DNA from: Cyanobacteria bacterium P01_A01_bin.123
Lineage (GTDB): Bacteria; Cyanobacteriota; Cyanobacteriia; Phormidesmidales; Phormidesmidaceae
DNA: 64,000 nt
NCBI GenBank assembly: GCA_039815185.1
Contig: JBCBZT010000020.1
Coordinates: 32,001-96,000, forward strand
Reading direction: 5' to 3'
Shown here: positions 58,437 through 64,000 of the stretch, in pieces
Layout: each line of letters starts with the position of its first letter
Position numbering within the stretch: position 1 is the first letter of the stretch
Program-made: the position numbers and the translations under genes
The notes under the pieces: generated by a model
What the model saw: only the letters and a program-made list of their open reading frames with translations
Told to the model about the DNA's origin: nothing
Database searches by the model: none

Positions 58437-59090
58437 CTACACTTTTCGACCATACTTTCGAGTCAAGCGAATCCGCAGCTTTGCACGTTGGAATTTATAC
58501 ACAAAGTAGTTCATGAGCTTACGATGAAATTGCTTCTTTCTTTTCAAATGCACTTCGACTTGCTTATGAGTATTACCACAAGGAAAATCAACATCAGGGA
58601 TTTCTATACCAAGAAAAGGGCAAAGCTTCTCCCATCCGTCTCCTTTAGTAATATCCATCACGAGTAGATCTTGAGGCCGATTTGAGAAGTGATCCAATAC
58701 ATCTTGATGATATTCTCTAAAGCCAGCTAACATCTTTCCCGGATCAAACTTTACAGTTCCATACAGGACATAATTTGTCAAAAGAGCATCAGAACGTGCT
58801 GTCCCTAGCTCCATTTTCATGTCTAACTGCCATCTTTTAACGTGGTTCTCAAATGATTTCAACCACTTTTGTTCTTCACGAGTGGTCAAGATGAATTTGG
58901 ATTCTGGGTGCCTCGAATCAATTACCTTGTAAAGAATCGGCACCGGACTGTCAGATATTGCATCGTATTTGTGAAAATCTTCAACATGAATGTAGTGTCC
59001 CGAGGTATATCCAAGAATAGTGAGTGCTTCTGATAGGGAAGATGTCCCAGTCTTGCTAAGTCCAATACCAACAATTTTGGAATTCTGCAC
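58437..59090 (-). CDS. Sulfotransferase family protein (Sulfotransfer_4-like)
   Basis: 'IVGIGLSKTGTSSLSEAL', 'KFILTTRE', 'GDGWEKLCPFLG'. Confidence 0.88.
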   Translation of the reverse strand: MQNSKIVGIGLSKTGTSSLSEALTILGYTSGHYIHVEDFHKYDAISDSPVPILYKVIDSRHPESKFILTTREEQKWLKSFENHVKRWQLDMKMELGTARSDALLTNYVLYGTVKFDPGKMLAGFREYHQDVLDHFSNRPQDLLVMDITKGDGWEKLCPFLGIEIPDVDFPCGNTHKQVEVHLKRKKQFHRKLMNYFVYKFQRAKLRIRLTRKYGRKV

Positions 59091-59232
59091 AGCTTCAAAA
59101 ACTCCTTAAAGTTAAACACAAAACCCAAATAAATTACACATCACACCCTAGGCTGATGAAATCCAACGATTGTGCTCTCGAAAGAAACTGGAGTTCTCTA
59201 TGTGTATCTATGTAGTTTGAGAAACGATATGT

Positions 59233-60162
59233 TTAAGATAGATTCCCTTGATGCATTATAGACAAGATAAAGTACTTCAATTTCTTCCTTGATTTATGAT
59301 ACATATCTCTAAATATAAAAAGCCTTAGAGAGATTAAAATAGCACTTGGCCACTTCATCAAATAAAGCATATGCTCTATTATTGAAAACTGTTTTAGATC
59401 CAATGCAAACTCATCACAGTTTTCACGAGAAATAGGTGAGCCTATCAAGGCAGATATACCTTTATTTACAGAATCATTTTCTCCATGATTAACTACCCAA
59501 ATTGCTCCAGGGAATGGTAGAGGAAGTAAAGGCTTTCCCATTCTTTCAAAGAGAGGTTGAATGTCAGCATGGCCTTTGATAATATCGAATACTCGACGAC
59601 TCTCGGGATTGCTTAATATTTGTTCTTGGCTAGGAGCCTGAGGGAAATCCTCTGGGATTTTCAAAAGCTTTGAACTTATTATATTGCAAGTTCCACAAGC
59701 AAGGTGAAAGTTCTTTTTACGCATGAGATACATAATCCCATCCGCATAAACATAACCGTCTCTGAAGAACCAACCATTCTCCCCAGGATGGGAATTAACA
59801 TATTCGGCAACTCTATTGCTAACTAAATCATCACCATCGAAGAACATAACGTACTCAGGGTTATATTTTCTCTTCGCATGCAATAAACCTGAAAAGTATT
59901 TCGTTCCCTTATCTTTGTGAACATTTTCTGCACTAGGCTTCACACCCCTTTCTCGTTTAAGTGGTGAAAAATCTACCTTTAAGAAATCTACCTTATCAAA
60001 CTGTGTCGCAAACTTAGGGATCTGATTACAAACAACAACGACTCTGAAACTTGTATCAGTTTGCCTACAAACTGATACAAGTGTTCGCTGAAGTAGATTT
60101 TCAACCTTTGAATAATCTTTGGAATTGTGCGGATGTCTTATTGGGCAAATGAACACTATCAT
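59233..60162 (-). CDS. Putative GT-A fold glycosyltransferase
   Basis: 'RTLVSVCRQT', 'VMFFDGDDLVS'; located in the polysaccharide cluster. Confidence 0.72.
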   Translation of the reverse strand: MIVFICPIRHPHNSKDYSKVENLLQRTLVSVCRQTDTSFRVVVVCNQIPKFATQFDKVDFLKVDFSPLKRERGVKPSAENVHKDKGTKYFSGLLHAKRKYNPEYVMFFDGDDLVSNRVAEYVNSHPGENGWFFRDGYVYADGIMYLMRKKNFHLACGTCNIISSKLLKIPEDFPQAPSQEQILSNPESRRVFDIIKGHADIQPLFERMGKPLLPLPFPGAIWVVNHGENDSVNKGISALIGSPISRENCDEFALDLKQFSIIEHMLYLMKWPSAILISLRLFIFRDMYHKSRKKLKYFILSIMHQGNLS

Positions 60163-60524
60163 GATTCGTGAACAAAAAAACTTGAATGATGTGCGATAAC
60201 TTTTGCCCCTGATTTTAATCTTACACTTGTAGATGACGTAGTGTCAAATAATGGTATTCATCCCCTTTGAAAATCCAATATAGTTAATCTTACTCTTAGT
60301 GCCTTTTCTAAGATTTAAAAACTTAGCTGAATTGCTTTTTAAAAAGACGAAAGCACATAGAAATGTGGAAAAGTTATCAACCTATTTATTAGCTTTTTAT
60401 GCCCCCTAATTTAACTTTATTGTCTCGTTCTTTAAGGCTTAGCTAGTCAGTGTTAAGAGCGATCACAATATACAATGGCCAAAACATATTGTACAAGTAA
60501 AATGGTACAAAGTTCCTCAGGAAT

Positions 60525-61331
60525 TTATTTGTCTCGCTCTGTACGAATCCAAAATTGTTCAGGCTTTACCAAAAATTTCAAGTAGATGGGTATTTTCCAT
60601 AGTATGTATAGTGGTATTGCTAAAAGCTGAGCCAAAGGCAGCTCTGCTCTGCCCCATTTTATCCAAGCACTTAGGATGGCTAACACTAATAAAACATCAG
60701 CAACTCCCTGAATAGCAAAGGGCCAGACAATATTTCCAAGTAAAGCTATTCCTCCGGTCAGTAGAGTCAACGCAAAGCCAGTCAGAACCCATAAGGCTAG
60801 AGGGGGGATCGCTAAATCCAAAGCCATCATGAGTAAACCTAATCGACGTTGCTTAAGAGCTGCCTTGATTAGTTGTGGGATGTATGTTGTTAACACCTGC
60901 AAATGACCATGTTCCCATCGAGTTCTTTGGCTAGTTGCAGCTGATTCACTGCTAGGAAGTTGACTAGTAACTTGTGCTTCTGGAGCAAGAATAGGACTAT
61001 ATCCCGCGATCGCCAAGTCAATTCCTAGCTTCATATCTTCCACAATATGGCTGCTGGCCAGATTCACTGTTTGTAAGGCCTCCCATGGCAAAGCCATCCC
61101 TGTACCACTCAAAAGAATCGGAAATCCTAGACGAGAGATTCCCTTTGCTCGAACACAGTTTTTAAAGATCAAAGCAAAAGCTGACACACGATCTCGAGCA
61201 GTAGGATTTGGAGGTAGCTCCATACGGTACTCTGCTTGCACTGGACGACTTAAAACGGTTGCCTCTTGTGCAATTTTGGATAAAGATCTATATCTCAAGA
61301 CAATCATATCCTTATAACGCGAATAACCCAT
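60525..61331 (-). pseudogene. N-terminally truncated duplicate of the GT2 at 55660-56862
   Basis: Near-identical from 'RPVQA' to 'RTERDK*' but lacks the IPAYNE/DN..D/DAD nucleotide-binding half. Confidence 0.8.
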
Positions 61332-61510
61332 TTCTAAGGACGAGCATATTCTTTACTGAGTTCCTATACTCCTGTTGGGCTATAAAGTTGATAGAGTGTA
61401 TTGGTAATATGCAATACTTCTCGCAAATAGGTAACAAGCCTATAGTCGGCTTTGCCCTAGAAAGGCTATCGACTGGTATGAGCGAAAACAGTTCAAAAAT
61501 AGTTATATTA

Positions 61511-61679
61511 GGGAGTGCGTCATCATTCAATGAGAGCAAAACAACTGCCTCATAACCTTAGATTCTGCCTTGCCCTTGTTAGAACAGGTTAAAAGCCTTT
61601 CAAAGCCCAGCTCTGAGCCGGATTGTAAGGCTATTTAAGGAGAGAGAGATTTTCTCCCGCGAAATTATGACGCACTCCC
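61511..61679. mobile_element. MITE-like element, copy 2
   Basis: Perfect 13-bp TIR GGGAGTGCGTCAT / ATGACGCACTCCC (16 of 17 if extended); 169 bp; no transposase. Confidence 0.7.
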
Positions 61680-61775
61680 GTTGCATTAAGCAATTCGACA
61701 AAAACCCATATACGCTAATCAGTAACAACACAGTTGTTTATGCTGTGTTGTGCGGGGTATTGGGAGAAGACCAAT

Positions 61776-62714
61776 TCATTTATATCCAAGCTGACTTAAA
61801 TCAAAGTCAACATATTGCTGAAGCCTTTGATTACTTGTGGAATAGTAGCTGCCGACTCTATCAGAGATTGCTTTCTTGATGTAAGATGTCGCTTCTCTGT
61901 CTAAAAATGATGGCAAAATCATATCTATGTAGCGACAAAATCTATTTTTTGCTCGCCACAAAATTGGAGTTGAATCATATTTCTCCCACAACGGAGGCAG
62001 ATTTCCTGGGAGAGAATTTAGTAAGCGCCGTAACTCAACAGTTGCTGCACCCATGCTCACATTTGCCGCTGTTGAAAAAGTTTTCACTTCAGTATTATTC
62101 CCAATGAAATCATAAAACTTTTGCAAAAACAGAAATTGATTAGAACTTAAAATTTCTCGAGGAAGTACAAGAACTGAATCAACACCAAAGTAGCTTATAT
62201 ATTTTTCAACCAACAAATTGTATTCAAGATGATCTAGACGGAAAATGGGTGAAAAACCCGGTCTTTCAATATCATCCCCTACAAAATGCTTAATACTATA
62301 TTCGCCGCCTTGTACAACATACTGATTATAAAATGATCTGATCATTGATTGTTGTTCGCGAACAACAATCAAAATCTTCGAATGTGGAAAAACCTGCTTG
62401 ATTCTTTCCACCACCTCAAATTCATAGTATTTGCCCTTTACAGGATGTCCTGATAGATCCTCGTGAGAAATAGTTGGTATAAGTTTATGGTTGCCACCTT
62501 GGTGAATCGACTCAAAAAATTTTTTTCGGATTTTTCCGGCATCAAACCTACACGGATGTGTTAGTACGAAGTGCTCAATTGCTTCGCCAGAGTCTACTGT
62601 CCATGGACAGCAAAATCCTTGATCCAAACAGAAAAATATATTTTTCTGCAAGAATGTTGTTCCTGTCTTATGGAAACCTATATGAATTAGAACTGTAGAG
62701 TCACTTCCAATCAT
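61776..62714 (-). CDS. Sulfotransferase-like (PAPS-binding loop) protein
   Basis: 'LIHIGFHKTGTTFLQ', 'ISHEDLSG', 'KILIVVREQ.SMIRSFY'. Confidence 0.82.
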   Translation of the reverse strand: MIGSDSTVLIHIGFHKTGTTFLQKNIFFCLDQGFCCPWTVDSGEAIEHFVLTHPCRFDAGKIRKKFFESIHQGGNHKLIPTISHEDLSGHPVKGKYYEFEVVERIKQVFPHSKILIVVREQQSMIRSFYNQYVVQGGEYSIKHFVGDDIERPGFSPIFRLDHLEYNLLVEKYISYFGVDSVLVLPREILSSNQFLFLQKFYDFIGNNTEVKTFSTAANVSMGAATVELRRLLNSLPGNLPPLWEKYDSTPILWRAKNRFCRYIDMILPSFLDREATSYIKKAISDRVGSYYSTSNQRLQQYVDFDLSQLGYK

Positions 62715-62725
62715 TAAGCGTACCT

Positions 62726-64000
62726 CTAATGAGTCGAAAATTCCGTCTTCATTGTCAGTGATCTTCTTGCTAAGGTTGATTGCCCAACATTAAGGGCAAT
62801 AGCGATGTAAATTGGCCAAAACATATTGACCAAGTACAATGTATAACTCTCAGTAATGTTATTTACTGAAAACAAAATCATAAACCCCAAAGGAAATAGA
62901 TTCTCGGGCTCGTTAACACCATAGCCTTGCTTAAGAGAGCGGAACCAGATGAATAAGAAGCTGATAAAAAACAGGCTTAATCCGACTAGCCCAACATCTA
63001 AGGCTAACTCGATAAACCCGTTGTGAGAATGGGGAGGGACATACCCACCACCATAAGCACCAGTAGCTCCAAAAGCTCTGGCTATTTCTTGCAAATAAGG
63101 ACTTCCGGGAGCCCAAAACCCACCTCGACCAAAGCCTAGTAAGGGGCTATGATTCAAAAGCGCTTGAATAGATATTTCCCAAAAAGTGGTGCGGCCAGTC
63201 AAGGTTGGATCTTTATCCATGCTAGTGAGAATAGTATGCCAGTTGCCTAAAACAATAATTGCCATCGAACCCAGTATCAAAATGGCCAGATCTAGCAATA
63301 ACACTGTTATCTTGCCTCTCCACCTAAAGCGAGAGTATAGGAGAAGATTGAATGTAATTAGAATGGATAGTACAAGTCCTGTACCAGATGTGGTTAAGAA
63401 AATAAATATAAAAGCAGATATCCCTAAGTAACGAAACCAATTATGGCGATAGACACCCATCCACCTCTGAGATGATTTTTGAAAAGATGCGAGGAGTAGA
63501 GTTAGGGCTGTCAGAATCATGTAAGCGCTACTGGTGTTTTTGTGGCCATACACGCCTGTCCATGCGCCTGAAAAACTCCCTTGAGCTTGACCAATTGAAG
63601 GGATCGCGATTGCTGTAACCCAGCTCAGCAACAGACCAACTATGACAGCATTGCTTAACTTTTTAATTAGAGTCTTAATATCAAAGGAAGCGCCAAGATA
63701 TAAACCAAATGAAGTCATCGGTAGCAGTTCTGATCTGACTTTAATGAAGGTATCACTTGAAAAGTCAGACCAAATAAACGAACTGAATGCTAGGACGATA
63801 ACAGCAATCAAAAAAGGATCTCGACTGCATTTCCAAGTTAAAAAGTTGAATCTAGTGGCTATCAGAAACAGGGATCCAAAAGCGATGAACCATCTGCACA
63901 ATGATATGAGACTGGCTGGGAAAATCCCTAATTCACCTAAAGCCCCCGAGAAAAATAAGAACCCTAAGACAATAAACCAATCTTCAGCATAGTCTAGATG
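62726..64000 (-). CDS. O-antigen ligase/Wzy polymerase family protein (ExoQ-like), 5' end beyond window
   Basis: 'WTGVYGHKN', 'KDPTLTGRT.FW', 'HSHNGFIELALDVGLVG'; the frame stays open from 63901 to the window end. Confidence 0.9.
   Translation of the reverse strand, partial: HLDYAEDWFIVLGFLFFSGALGELGIFPASLISLCRWFIAFGSLFLIATRFNFLTWKCSRDPFLIAVIVLAFSSFIWSDFSSDTFIKVRSELLPMTSFGLYLGASFDIKTLIKKLSNAVIVGLLLSWVTAIAIPSIGQAQGSFSGAWTGVYGHKNTSSAYMILTALTLLLASFQKSSQRWMGVYRHNWFRYLGISAFIFIFLTTSGTGLVLSILITFNLLLYSRFRWRGKITVLLLDLAILILGSMAIIVLGNWHTILTSMDKDPTLTGRTTFWEISIQALLNHSPLLGFGRGGFWAPGSPYLQEIARAFGATGAYGGGYVPPHSHNGFIELALDVGLVGLSLFFISFLFIWFRSLKQGYGVNEPENLFPLGFMILFSVNNITESYTLYLVNMFWPIYIAIALNVGQSTLARRSLTMKTEFSTH

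Noticed and set aside
58123..58667. Several plus-strand ORFs of 81-107 aa
   Set aside because: Opposite to the cluster orientation, overlapping one another and a real gene, with no motifs.

Overview
Cyanobacterial chromosomal window, judged from dense HIP1 (GCGATCGC) octamers and typical gene content; it looks like a filamentous Leptolyngbya/Nodosilinea-type genome (inference). 1-12 kb: RND efflux genes with a divergent TetR, a two-component system with a Spy-like protein and a Tat-exported DUF1800/DUF1501 pair, then upp, miaE and aroQ. 13.4-29.5 kb: a six-gene, co-directional operon of secreted DUF11 (isopeptide-type Ig) proteins, a large outer-membrane barrel, an OmpA/beta-helix protein and an SdrD-B adhesin. 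Internal DUF11 domains carry the full Lys/Asp/Asn triad, but terminal domains are split: C-termini lack the Asn strand and N-termini supply it. This suggests an undescribed pilus-like fibre built by donor-strand complementation with intermolecular isopeptide bonds (best finding; inference). 29.5-31.7 kb: cinA and an L,D-transpeptidase. 31.8-64 kb: a minus-strand, AT-richer, HIP1-poor Wzy/Wza polysaccharide cluster with about seven sulfotransferase-like genes, IS630/IS1 remnants, a MITE-like element, duplications and pseudogenes. No tRNA, rRNA or CRISPR array was seen. All calls come from reading the sequence; no database searches were run.
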